Shown piece by piece: positions 25,596 through 34,669 of a stretch of DNA of 59,106 nucleotides. Source of the DNA: a virus (Duplodnaviria > Caudoviricetes); IMG/VR virus record IMGVR_UViG_3300017761_001967, positions 1 to 59,106 of that record; one strand, given 5' to 3'. Position 1 is the first letter of the stretch; each line of letters starts with the position of its first letter. The notes under the pieces were generated by a model. That model had not been told where the DNA came from, made no database searches, and saw only the letters and a list, made by a program, of their open reading frames with translations. The position numbers and the translations under genes are program-made.

Positions 25596-27188
25596 ATGGA
25601 AGATAACGAATACGAAATTGGTGCAAGAATTGATGATGCAATAAAGAAAGACGATACTTTTTCAAAGTCAGATCCATTTAACGGAAATTGGGATTCATTA
25701 AAATCTCTTGACGGACTAGAAGCAAATTTTAAAAGACGCATAAGCAGATCTTCAACAAAGATGGTTGAACCAACAACTCAATATACAACTGCAGCACTTG
25801 CTGGAAAAAGCGGTATTGACGGAGCACAATCAAAAGAAATAAACCCAGGCCTAGTATACGTAAACGGCTATGGAATGTTTGATGTTATTACACCCCCATG
25901 GAACCTATATGAATTAGCAAACTATTACGACACTTCATTTGCAAACCATGCAGCAATTGATGCAAAGGTAGAAAACATCGTTGGGCTAGGCTATGAGTTT
26001 AAGGTTTCCCAAAGAACTATGATGAGACTTGAGGCATCAGAAGATAATAGTGCAACTCAGAAAGCAAGAAAAAGAATTGAAAGAGCAAAGATTGAAATGC
26101 GTGACTGGCTTGAATCACTTAACGATGATGATTCATTTACAGCAACAATGGAAAAAGTTTACACGGACCTTCAGTCAACTGGAAATGGATACTTAGAAAT
26201 TGGAAGAACTACTCGTGGAGAGATTGGCTATGTTGGACATATCCCATCAACAACTATGCGTGTTCGCAGAATTAAAGATGGGTATGTTCAGATCATTGGA
26301 AACAAGATTGTTTATTTCCGTAATTTTGGAGCAAAGAATCAGAACCCACTAACTACAGACGCTAGACCAAACGAGATTATTCACTTCAAGCAATACTCAC
26401 CACTTAATACCTTTTACGGAGTGCCAGACATTATGTCGGCAATTAACTCACTACACGGAGACTCTCTTGCTTCACAATACAATATTGACTATTTTGCAAA
26501 CAAAGCAGTTCCAAGATACGTTGTAACATTAAAGGGTGCAAAACTTTCTGGAGACGCAGAAGATAAGATGTTCCGATTCTTACAGACAAATCTCAGAGGG
26601 CAGTCACACAGAACGCTATATATTCCACTTCCAGGTGATAGCGAAAACAATAAAGTAGAATTTAAAATGGATCCCATCGAAGACGGAATACAAGACGGCT
26701 CTTTTAAAGAGTATCGTAAACAAAACCGTGATGACATCCTGGTCGCACATCAAGTGCCACTGTCTAAACTTGGAGGTGGCGATTCTGGATCTATAGCAGC
26801 AGCACTTGCACAGGATCGCACCTTTAAGGAGCAGGTTGCAAGACCAGCCCAAAGACAAATTGAAAAAATGATCAATAAAATTGTTCGTGAAAAGACAGAC
26901 ATTCTTGAGTTTGTTTTCAACGAACTAACTCTCACTGATGAAATAGCACAATCTCAAATTCTTGAGAGATATGTTAAAAATCAGATCATGACTCCAAACG
27001 AAGCAAGAGTTCTTTTAGATATGCCACAACGTGATGGTGGGGATGAGGTCTTAGACCTTAAGCCAACCACAGCAGCAGAGGCAACAACAACAAGAGCAAG
27101 AGACTCTGAAAGAACTAATAACAACTCTGATAGCACTTCAACAGTTGCTGGAAGAGCCCCAAAGGGAGAGGGAAGAAAAACTCCTTAA
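25596..27188 (+). CDS. Portal protein
   Basis: TGNGYLEI.R, EIIHFK...P...YGVP, YF.N.A.P, AHQVP..KLG, IMTPNEAR..L. Confidence 0.92.
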   Translation: MEDNEYEIGARIDDAIKKDDTFSKSDPFNGNWDSLKSLDGLEANFKRRISRSSTKMVEPTTQYTTAALAGKSGIDGAQSKEINPGLVYVNGYGMFDVITPPWNLYELANYYDTSFANHAAIDAKVENIVGLGYEFKVSQRTMMRLEASEDNSATQKARKRIERAKIEMRDWLESLNDDDSFTATMEKVYTDLQSTGNGYLEIGRTTRGEIGYVGHIPSTTMRVRRIKDGYVQIIGNKIVYFRNFGAKNQNPLTTDARPNEIIHFKQYSPLNTFYGVPDIMSAINSLHGDSLASQYNIDYFANKAVPRYVVTLKGAKLSGDAEDKMFRFLQTNLRGQSHRTLYIPLPGDSENNKVEFKMDPIEDGIQDGSFKEYRKQNRDDILVAHQVPLSKLGGGDSGSIAAALAQDRTFKEQVARPAQRQIEKMINKIVREKTDILEFVFNELTLTDEIAQSQILERYVKNQIMTPNEARVLLDMPQRDGGDEVLDLKPTTAAEATTTRARDSERTNNNSDSTSTVAGRAPKGEGRKTP

Positions 27189-27243
27189 TGTCCAATATGT
27201 CCACATTGTGATATATGTACAAAAAGGGGCTTATAATATGATG

Positions 27244-28569
27244 GTGAGCAATATATCTAAAGCCCATTGGAATACCGATGGGAATAATCTTCGTCTTTCT
27301 ATGCCCCTTACCAAAGTGGACAAAGAGCGTAGAGTCGTTTCTGGATTTGCATCTTTAGACAATCTTGACAAGCAAGATGACATCGTAACAGCCGAAGCAT
27401 CAATGGATGCATTTGCAAAATTCCGAGGGAACATTAGAGAAATGCATCAGCCACTAGCAGTAGGCAAGATGGTTTCATTCAAAGCAGATAAGTATTTTGA
27501 TCCAGAATCAAAGAAGTTTTATAACGGAGTATTCGTATCAGCATATGTTTCAAAGGGTGCACAAGATACTTGGGAAAAAGTTCTAGATGGAACACTAACT
27601 GGTTTTTCTATTGGCGGAAGAATGAATAAGTGGGACGATGGGTTTGACGAGAAGTCAGACAAAGCAATTAGAATTATTAAGCAATACGATTTGATTGAGT
27701 TGAGTCTTGTAGATTCCCCAGCAAATCAGTTTGCAAACATTGTATCTGTTGAAAAAGTTGACGGAGTAGATGTTGTTAAGGGTGACGAAACAGTTTTAGA
27801 AAATGTTTTTTATGATAAGGAATCAGGCATTGTTATGGTTTCAGAAAATGAGTCAGAGTTAAGTCCAAGCACTGGCGAGCAGATGGCAAATATAGGTTTC
27901 GTTGAAAAAACAGATAACGAAAAGATAGACATGATAAAATTCTTAGTTGATAGTGCTAAAGGCATTAATACTTCTAAGATTAACAAGGAGGTACAACCTA
28001 TGACAAAATCAAAAACACAAGTTGAAAATACAGACGTAATTGAAGATGTTGTGGTCGCTCCAGAGGCAGTTGCAGAAATTACTGAAGAAATTGCCAAAGC
28101 AGAAGAGGTTGAGACAGCAGATGTTGTCAAGACTGATGAACTTGTAGCAGAAGAGATTGTTAAGGCAGAAGATGCTGAAGCAGTCGAAACAGTAGTTGAA
28201 GCAGTTGTAGAAGTATCTAAGTCAGAAGAGGTAATTGCAGAAGCAGTTACTGAAATGAAGAATACTCTAGAATCAGCCTTTAGCGATCTAGTATCAACAG
28301 TAAAGTCTTTGCAAGCAGAAGTAGAACTTCTCAAGTCTTCAAAGGTAGATGTTGATACAGCAAAGGATTCATTCGAAGCAGTTGCAAAAGATATTGCAGC
28401 CGTTTCAAACGAATTTAACGAATTTGGAAAACGAGTAGACGCTGTGGAAGCAGAAACCGCATTCCGAAAGTCTGGAGATATCGGCGATATCTTTCAGTCT
28501 CAGCCTGAAATGGTTGAAAAATCCCTATGGGGCGGTAGTTTCCTCAAAACAGCCGATCTATTCAAATGA
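27244..28569 (+). CDS. HK97-type prohead protease fused to acidic scaffold domain
   Basis: VSGFAS...DKQDDIV, REMH...AVG, GTLTGFSIGG, L.ELSLVD.PAN. Start probably GTG 27244 (6 nt after TATAAT) or ATG 27238/27241. Confidence 0.88.
   Translation: MSNISKAHWNTDGNNLRLSMPLTKVDKERRVVSGFASLDNLDKQDDIVTAEASMDAFAKFRGNIREMHQPLAVGKMVSFKADKYFDPESKKFYNGVFVSAYVSKGAQDTWEKVLDGTLTGFSIGGRMNKWDDGFDEKSDKAIRIIKQYDLIELSLVDSPANQFANIVSVEKVDGVDVVKGDETVLENVFYDKESGIVMVSENESELSPSTGEQMANIGFVEKTDNEKIDMIKFLVDSAKGINTSKINKEVQPMTKSKTQVENTDVIEDVVVAPEAVAEITEEIAKAEEVETADVVKTDELVAEEIVKAEDAEAVETVVEAVVEVSKSEEVIAEAVTEMKNTLESAFSDLVSTVKSLQAEVELLKSSKVDVDTAKDSFEAVAKDIAAVSNEFNEFGKRVDAVEAETAFRKSGDIGDIFQSQPEMVEKSLWGGSFLKTADLFK
28000..28569 (+). 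CDS. Nested in-frame scaffolding protein (internal start)
   Basis: AAGGAGGT 7 nt before in-frame ATG 28000; acidic coiled-coil product. Confidence 0.65.
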   Translation: MTKSKTQVENTDVIEDVVVAPEAVAEITEEIAKAEEVETADVVKTDELVAEEIVKAEDAEAVETVVEAVVEVSKSEEVIAEAVTEMKNTLESAFSDLVSTVKSLQAEVELLKSSKVDVDTAKDSFEAVAKDIAAVSNEFNEFGKRVDAVEAETAFRKSGDIGDIFQSQPEMVEKSLWGGSFLKTADLFK

Positions 28570-28592
28570 AAAAATCACTAGGAGGTGACAAT

Positions 28593-29732
28593 ATGTCAGA
28601 AGAAATAATCAAAAACCAGCCAGGCGCTAGTGCAGATCTAGGTGCAACAGCACCAGGACTTTACCAGGGTCAAGGTGCTTTCGCATCAGGTGGTATTGGT
28701 GGAGTAGCAAACCCAGGTGCAAATACACTTGGAAATATTCCAACAGCAACCCTTGGATCTACAAGCGGAGCAAACGCTGTTAACCCTAGTGGTTCAGCGG
28801 CTTCTGGAATTTTGCGCCCTGAGCAGGCACGTCGTTTTATCGACTATGTTTGGGATGCAACAGTATTAGCAAAGGATGGCCGTCGCGTAACAATGAAGGC
28901 TAATTCTATGGAACTTGAGAAGGTAAACGTCGGTGAGCGTGTAATTCGTGCAGCAGCGCAAGCAATTGGTACATACACAAACACAGGTGCAACATTCTCT
29001 AAGGTCGAACTTACTACCAAGAAGATTCGTCTTGATTGGGAAGTAACAGCAGAATCATTAGAAGATGGTGTAGAAGGTGACGCTCTAGAAGATCACTTAG
29101 TACGCTTGATGACTAACGCATTCGCAAACGATATCGAAGATCTCGCTATCAATGGTGACGGAGCGACAGGTTCATTCTTGTCAATCATGGACGGATTTAT
29201 CAGCAAGGCAAAGACTGGAACAGGTGCTGGACAAGCACACGAGTCAGTTGTAACTGTAACAGATAACGCCTTCACCCCTGATGTAATGCAGGGTATTATC
29301 AATGCAATGCCACGTAAGTACCGTGCACTTAAGAACAATCTTAAGTTCTACGCAGGTACAGACACATTCGGTGGAATCGTTAAGCATAACGGTACACTTG
29401 CTGATGCAGTTGCAGAAGCATTTGCAGGACAGATGCCAGGATCAACCCAGGCAAACCGTCAATCATATCTTGATGGCGTAGGACAGACATTCGGTGGAGC
29501 ACGTACAACACGTGTTCTCGGAATTGAAGTTCAGGAAGTTCCTTACTACCCAGCAGGCTATATCGACTTGACATTCCCTGCAAACCGTGTATGGGGATTC
29601 CAACGCGACATCGTTGTAAACCGTGAATACGTAGCAAAGAAGGACACAATTGAATACACAGTATTCGTCCGCTTTGGTATTCAATGGGAAGAAGAGGATG
29701 CAATTGCATTCGCTGACGCTGCAGCAGAGTAA
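28593..29732 (+). CDS. Major capsid protein
   Basis: GGAGG RBS before ATG 28593. G.L.PEQA.RFI, EDLAINGDG, R.LGI.V..VP; follows protease and precedes a strong hairpin. Confidence 0.9.
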   Translation: MSEEIIKNQPGASADLGATAPGLYQGQGAFASGGIGGVANPGANTLGNIPTATLGSTSGANAVNPSGSAASGILRPEQARRFIDYVWDATVLAKDGRRVTMKANSMELEKVNVGERVIRAAAQAIGTYTNTGATFSKVELTTKKIRLDWEVTAESLEDGVEGDALEDHLVRLMTNAFANDIEDLAINGDGATGSFLSIMDGFISKAKTGTGAGQAHESVVTVTDNAFTPDVMQGIINAMPRKYRALKNNLKFYAGTDTFGGIVKHNGTLADAVAEAFAGQMPGSTQANRQSYLDGVGQTFGGARTTRVLGIEVQEVPYYPAGYIDLTFPANRVWGFQRDIVVNREYVAKKDTIEYTVFVRFGIQWEEEDAIAFADAAAE

Positions 29733-29753
29733 TCTGTAAACAGTACCTTTAAT

Positions 29754-29783
29754 GGGGGGCGGGAGTTCACTCTCCTGTCCCCC
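29754..29783 (+). terminator. GC-rich hairpin after capsid gene (probable terminator/stabiliser)
   Basis: GGGGGCGGGAG-ttcact-CTCCTGTCCCC; weak U-tract. Confidence 0.65.
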
Positions 29784-29822
29784 TTAATACTTTAATGATA
29801 TAATACAAACAAGGAGGATACA

Positions 29823-30254
29823 ATGGAAAATAATAATTACAACAATCCGTTTTCAGCAGATAATGCAGAAGAGCAAGACCATGTCGAAGCCCCAGTGGTA
29901 GAGGCACTAGTAGAGCATGTAGAAGAGCCAGCAGAAGAGCCAGTTATTGAAGCACCAGTTGTCGAGGCAGTAGTCGAAGCACCTGCAGCAGCAGAGCCAG
30001 TTCAGGCACTAGGATTTACAGAAACAGGCGCTATTGGATCAATGGCAGCAGACGGTCCAAGCAAGACAATCAACTCAGAGGTTAACCTTTCAGGAAAGGT
30101 AGCACTTCACTCAACAAAGAGCGTTCACTGGCAAGAAGTTGGAACTCTTAGCAGAGGATATAACATCGTAACACAAAAGCAAGCAGACAAGTGGCTAACT
30201 AGATCACATGTTAGAATTGCTACACCAGAAGAAATCCAGAAGGCTTTCGGATAA
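29823..30254 (+). CDS. Acidic hypothetical protein (head module)
   Basis: TGATATAAT and AAGGAGG upstream; E/P/V-rich N-terminal half. Confidence 0.75.
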   Translation: MENNNYNNPFSADNAEEQDHVEAPVVEALVEHVEEPAEEPVIEAPVVEAVVEAPAAAEPVQALGFTETGAIGSMAADGPSKTINSEVNLSGKVALHSTKSVHWQEVGTLSRGYNIVTQKQADKWLTRSHVRIATPEEIQKAFG

Positions 30255-30260
30255 TTAAAG

Positions 30261-31157
30261 ATGGAGATATTGAGAGTTTCGCCGTATTCAGATATACCTG
30301 TTAATTTTGTAGTTCCTGCGGGAATAACATCATCAACTATAACTGTTAATATAACTGACATGGCGGATCTCTCAGTATCAACATTAACATTTTTAAATAA
30401 GGTATCAGGAAACAGTCTCAGCATATCTTTATCAGGAAAATATGATTCATCTTACAGGGTTGAGATTGTTAAAAACCTTGGGGCAGTTGGAGAAGTAACT
30501 CTCCAAGATGAAACTTATGAAATTGTAAGACCATATGTTGACCCATCAACAAAGGCAAGCACTGCATCAGACATATCAACATACTCTGTAAATGAAGAAA
30601 TTGCAAGAGCAGTAATAGACTCTGTAATTCCAGAAGGATTTTATTATAAGAAAAAAGTTTTACACTTTGAAGGAAGTGGAGCAGACTATCTTCCAGTTTG
30701 GGATAATGTAAAAAAAGTTTTAGCAGTGTACGAAAACAATAAATTAGTTGAAGATAGAGAGTATGAAGTCTCATCAGACAAGACAGCAATTATTGAAAAG
30801 TCTTCTGACAACATTAATCGTGCAGAATCAGCACCCCTAATTTTACCAGCAGCAGCATCTGACTATCTGGATCCTCAGTTTATTTATAGAGGTTTTGGAA
30901 GAGGTTGGGATTATTTAATTACCGTAGAGCATGGATACACAGCAGTTCCATCAGATATTGTTAGAGCAACGGAAATGCTTGTTCACGATATAGAGTGTGG
31001 AAAACTAGATTATTACAAGAGATTTATTTCTTCTTACAATACAGATCAATTTAGAATTCAATTTGATAAGGGTCTTTTCGAAGGAACAGGAAATATAATT
31101 GTAGACAAGATACTTTTAAAGTATGCTAAGTCTATTACAAAACTTGGGGTACTATAA
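30261..31157 (+). CDS. Putative head-tail adaptor
   Basis: IARAVID, GY..VPSDIVRA..ML, VDKIL.KY; position after capsid. Confidence 0.6.
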   Translation: MEILRVSPYSDIPVNFVVPAGITSSTITVNITDMADLSVSTLTFLNKVSGNSLSISLSGKYDSSYRVEIVKNLGAVGEVTLQDETYEIVRPYVDPSTKASTASDISTYSVNEEIARAVIDSVIPEGFYYKKKVLHFEGSGADYLPVWDNVKKVLAVYENNKLVEDREYEVSSDKTAIIEKSSDNINRAESAPLILPAAASDYLDPQFIYRGFGRGWDYLITVEHGYTAVPSDIVRATEMLVHDIECGKLDYYKRFISSYNTDQFRIQFDKGLFEGTGNIIVDKILLKYAKSITKLGVL

Positions 31158-31606
31158 TGACAGTTTGCGAAACACCAGACTTTATGTTTCCAATGCAGGC
31201 ATCTGTATATCACCCAATAATTAAGCAAGGTGATTTTGGAGCAATAAAAAAGCAATGGGTTCTTGATAGAGTCTTTGCTTGCAGTTTTTCTTCTGGAGGT
31301 TCAGCATTTAAAGAAGAAGTAAAGCCAAATGTAAACATAACCCAAAACTCAATACTAGTTGGCAGAGTAAAGTCTGACATAAGAATATCCTTGTTAGATA
31401 GTAAAAATGCATTAACTAATATTTTAATTACAGACATTAAGGATCAAGAAGGAAACCTTATATATATGGAAACATCAGGTCCTAGATCTGGCAAAGGAAC
31501 ACTGTTTGAACTAGCAACATATGAGCCATTTACTGGTCCATTTGGAAATGTTGAGTCCTATAAGGTAGTTATAAGAAGATCAGAAAATCAGTCAGGTGAT
31601 GTATGA
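31157..31606 (+). CDS. Putative head closure/stopper protein
   Basis: Size, synteny, TAATG coupling. Confidence 0.5.
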   Translation: MTVCETPDFMFPMQASVYHPIIKQGDFGAIKKQWVLDRVFACSFSSGGSAFKEEVKPNVNITQNSILVGRVKSDIRISLLDSKNALTNILITDIKDQEGNLIYMETSGPRSGKGTLFELATYEPFTGPFGNVESYKVVIRRSENQSGDV

Positions 31607-32277
31607 TAACTAAATTTAATACTAGTCAGTTTAAAAAAGAAATGAACAATATAGTGGATTACTCTATTGGATTTTTGCAGGGAATTGAAAAAGGAAAGAC
31701 TATATTTCTAAAAACTCTAGGAATGGAAACAGTAGATGTAATGAAAGAGTTTATAGATTCTAATGCAAGAGTTAACCCTGACATGCTTCATCACATCTAT
31801 GAGTGGAATCAAACAGGAAGCCCAAGCGCAAGACTCTACAACATATCTTATACAACTAGTAATCTTGGCCTATCTTTTAGATCTTCATTTAGTCAGTCAA
31901 CATCAATTAAAAATGGATCAAGAACTCCCTTTTACGATAAAGCAAGAATTATGGAATATGGTATTCCAGTAACGATTAGACCAAAGGTTGCACAGGTTTT
32001 AGCATTTGATGATAACGGAGACACTGTTTTTACAAAGGGACCAATCACGATAGAAAATCCTGGAGGATCTCAAGTGGAGGGTGGGTTTGAAAAAACATTT
32101 GATCTGTTCTTTAATAGATATTTTTCTCAAGCATTTTTAAGAACAAGCGGAATTGCAAAGTATCTTGAAAATCCACAGGTATACAAAAAAGACCTACCAG
32201 CAGGAAAGACTCTTGGTAGATCTAAGGGTATAGCAACTGGATATCGCTGGATTGCTAACGCAGGGATGGGTGCATAA
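31603..32277 (+). CDS. Putative neck/tail-completion protein
   Basis: KARIMEYG...IRPK...L.F motif; synteny. Confidence 0.5.
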   Translation: MITKFNTSQFKKEMNNIVDYSIGFLQGIEKGKTIFLKTLGMETVDVMKEFIDSNARVNPDMLHHIYEWNQTGSPSARLYNISYTTSNLGLSFRSSFSQSTSIKNGSRTPFYDKARIMEYGIPVTIRPKVAQVLAFDDNGDTVFTKGPITIENPGGSQVEGGFEKTFDLFFNRYFSQAFLRTSGIAKYLENPQVYKKDLPAGKTLGRSKGIATGYRWIANAGMGA

Positions 32278-32789
32278 TGGCTGCAGTAATTCATCATCCA
32301 CCCACAATCATTAATGCCTATTTGGCAGCAAAGATAGATTTAGAAGTTTTTGGTGGAGGAGTAACATATTTTTTCCCAACACTGCCAACAGAAATAGAAA
32401 CATTAACCCAAACATTTCCAGATAGCAGTGAAGTTTTTGGAGTGTATGACAGAATGTTTAAGATGAGAAGAGTACCATTTCCATACATTAAGTGTGAGCA
32501 ACTACTTTATTACTTTTATGCTGTGGGGGAAAGCGCAACTACAAAGATGGTGATAACTCAGCAACGAATCAGCGATCTTCTCGATAATGGAGATGACTCA
32601 GCAAAAGACCTTAATGACTGGGCAGCAGCAAATCCAGGCGCATGGGACACAGAGTCTAAGCCACTGTTCTTTCATAACTTCAAGATCTATCAACTTGAAG
32701 AGACCAGAGACATCGTTGACTTTGGCACAGCCCGTACTTATGCAGGGAATAAGATCATAATCGACTACGACTGGCATTCAAACCCTTAA
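32277..32789 (+). CDS. Putative tail terminator protein
   Basis: Size and position immediately before tail tube gene. Confidence 0.5.
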   Translation: MAAVIHHPPTIINAYLAAKIDLEVFGGGVTYFFPTLPTEIETLTQTFPDSSEVFGVYDRMFKMRRVPFPYIKCEQLLYYFYAVGESATTKMVITQQRISDLLDNGDDSAKDLNDWAAANPGAWDTESKPLFFHNFKIYQLEETRDIVDFGTARTYAGNKIIIDYDWHSNP

Positions 32790-32855
32790 TAAAAAGGCAG
32801 TATAATTAAGGCGAGGAAACAACCCCCTTTTAATAAAAATGAAAGAGGTGAAAAT

Positions 32856-33524
32856 ATGGCATACAGCCGTGGTTCAAGTAGCAACATCATCGTAGGTGCA
32901 GCAGCACTATTTACGCATGATGCAGGTCCAATCGGATACACAACAGCAGGAGCAATCACTGACGCACAAGCGACAACTGATCTTCCAGCAATGACAGCAT
33001 CCGCAACATCCTATAAGGAAACTTTGTCTAATAGCCCAGCAAACACAAAGTTCACAAATATCGGATACACATCAAATGGTTTGGAACTCGCATTCCAGCC
33101 AGACTTTGGTGATGTAGCAGTAGATCAACTTCTCGACGTTGCTCGTTTATTCAAGCAGGGTATGACAGTTAATCTAAATACATCTTTTGCAGAAGCAACA
33201 CTAGAAAATCTTCTAGTAGCAATTGCATCAAACGAAGAAATCGCAACAGCAGCAAACTTGTCGACATTAAGAATGTCAGCAGGAGATATCGGCGACGTCC
33301 CACTAGAACGTGGTATCGTGGCAGTAGGACCAGGATCTGGTTCAGCAGCAATTGCAAAGGAAAGAATTTATGTTGCATACCGTGCACTCTCAATTGAGAA
33401 TGTTACAGTATCAGCAAAGCGTGACGAGGCTTCAATGTTTGAAGTTTCATTCCGTCTTCTTCCAAACGACAATGCGTCATACGGTAAGATCGTAGACCGC
33501 ACACTCGCAACACCATCAGCATAA
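32856..33524 (+). CDS. Major tail (tube) protein
   Basis: IIVGAA.LF, IGYTSNGLEL, VDQL, AEATLENL; GAGGTG RBS; followed by terminator. Confidence 0.8.
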   Translation: MAYSRGSSSNIIVGAAALFTHDAGPIGYTTAGAITDAQATTDLPAMTASATSYKETLSNSPANTKFTNIGYTSNGLELAFQPDFGDVAVDQLLDVARLFKQGMTVNLNTSFAEATLENLLVAIASNEEIATAANLSTLRMSAGDIGDVPLERGIVAVGPGSGSAAIAKERIYVAYRALSIENVTVSAKRDEASMFEVSFRLLPNDNASYGKIVDRTLATPSA

Positions 33525-33544
33525 TACAACTTAATAATACAGTT

Positions 33545-33575
33545 GGCCCAGCCCTTTAAGGGGCTGGGTCTTTCT
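33545..33575 (+). terminator. Intrinsic terminator after tail tube gene
   Basis: GGCCCAGCCC-tttaag-GGGCTGGGTC followed by TTTCT. Confidence 0.8.
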
Positions 33576-33593
33576 GTTTGGTATACTTATATA

Positions 33594-34274
33594 ATGGCAA
33601 CAAAAGTATATGAGACTAAAAAAATATCACTAGTAGATGGTAGGACTATTGTTGCTGCGCCATTAAAGATAAAATACTTAAGAGAGTTTTTGGAAATATT
33701 TGAAACTATAAAATCATCAAAAACAGATAATGAATCAATCTCCATTTTGGCTAGTTGTGCTTTAGTGACTATGCAGCAGTATTGTTCATCAATAAAGACA
33801 ATAGATGATCTAGAAGATAGTTTAGATTTGCCAACAATTTATGAGATTATTGATATCGCAGCAGGAATAAAAATAAACGACAAATCTGAAGACACGGTAA
33901 AGTCTCAGGCAGTAGATAGCGGGGCATCTTGGGAAACTTTAGATTTAGCAAAACTAGAAGCAGAGGCTTTTCTTATTGGTATATGGAAAGATTATGAGGA
34001 ACTAGAAAAGTCATTGTCAATGCCAGAGTTAACTGCAACAATTAAAATAAAAAGAGAATTAGACTACAGTGATAAAAAGTTTGCTGCTGCTATGCAAGGG
34101 GTAGATTTAGATAAAAATTCTGGAAGTGGTAATGAGTGGGAAGACATGAAGGCTAGAGTATTTAGCAAAGGTGCAACAGGAGATGGAAATGATATTCTGG
34201 CCTTGCAAGGCTCAAATGCTGAAAAGGCTGGTTTTGGAATAGGCCATGGACTTGATTATGAAACTTATGATTAA
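33594..34274 (+). CDS. Tail assembly chaperone, long (GT-like) form
   Basis: Between tube and tape measure; first ~95 aa align with 34329-34652. ATG 33594 lies 6 nt after TGGTATACT. Confidence 0.7.
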   Translation: MATKVYETKKISLVDGRTIVAAPLKIKYLREFLEIFETIKSSKTDNESISILASCALVTMQQYCSSIKTIDDLEDSLDLPTIYEIIDIAAGIKINDKSEDTVKSQAVDSGASWETLDLAKLEAEAFLIGIWKDYEELEKSLSMPELTATIKIKRELDYSDKKFAAAMQGVDLDKNSGSGNEWEDMKARVFSKGATGDGNDILALQGSNAEKAGFGIGHGLDYETYD

Positions 34275-34328
34275 CAAAAATAAGCCTGCTTTATGGTATA
34301 ATTAACTAAACCTTATAAGGAGGAATAA

Positions 34329-34652
34329 ATGGCAACTGCCACTGAAGAAAAAACAGTAACTTTGATCGACGGAACAAAGATCAAGGTAAGACCACTAAAG
34401 ATATCTCTACTTCGTCCATTTATGAAGAAGTTTGAAGATATTGCAAAGGTAGCAGAAGATAACGAAAAGTCAATGGACTTGCTTATCGACTGTGTTCAAA
34501 TTGCTATGAAACAATACAAGCCAGAATTGGCAGATGACAAGGAAGCGCTAGAAGAAAATCTAGATCTTCCAACAGTATATAAGATTGTCGAAGAGGCTTC
34601 AGGCATTAGACTTTCTGATGCTTCGCTACTTGGCAATCTTGTAAATAACTAA
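34329..34652 (+). CDS. Tail assembly chaperone, short (G-like) form
   Basis: TGGTATAAT and AAGGAGG upstream; directly before tape measure; paralogue of the upstream gene. Confidence 0.72.
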   Translation: MATATEEKTVTLIDGTKIKVRPLKISLLRPFMKKFEDIAKVAEDNEKSMDLLIDCVQIAMKQYKPELADDKEALEENLDLPTVYKIVEEASGIRLSDASLLGNLVNN

Positions 34653-34669
34653 ATAAGAGGTGTTAATGG

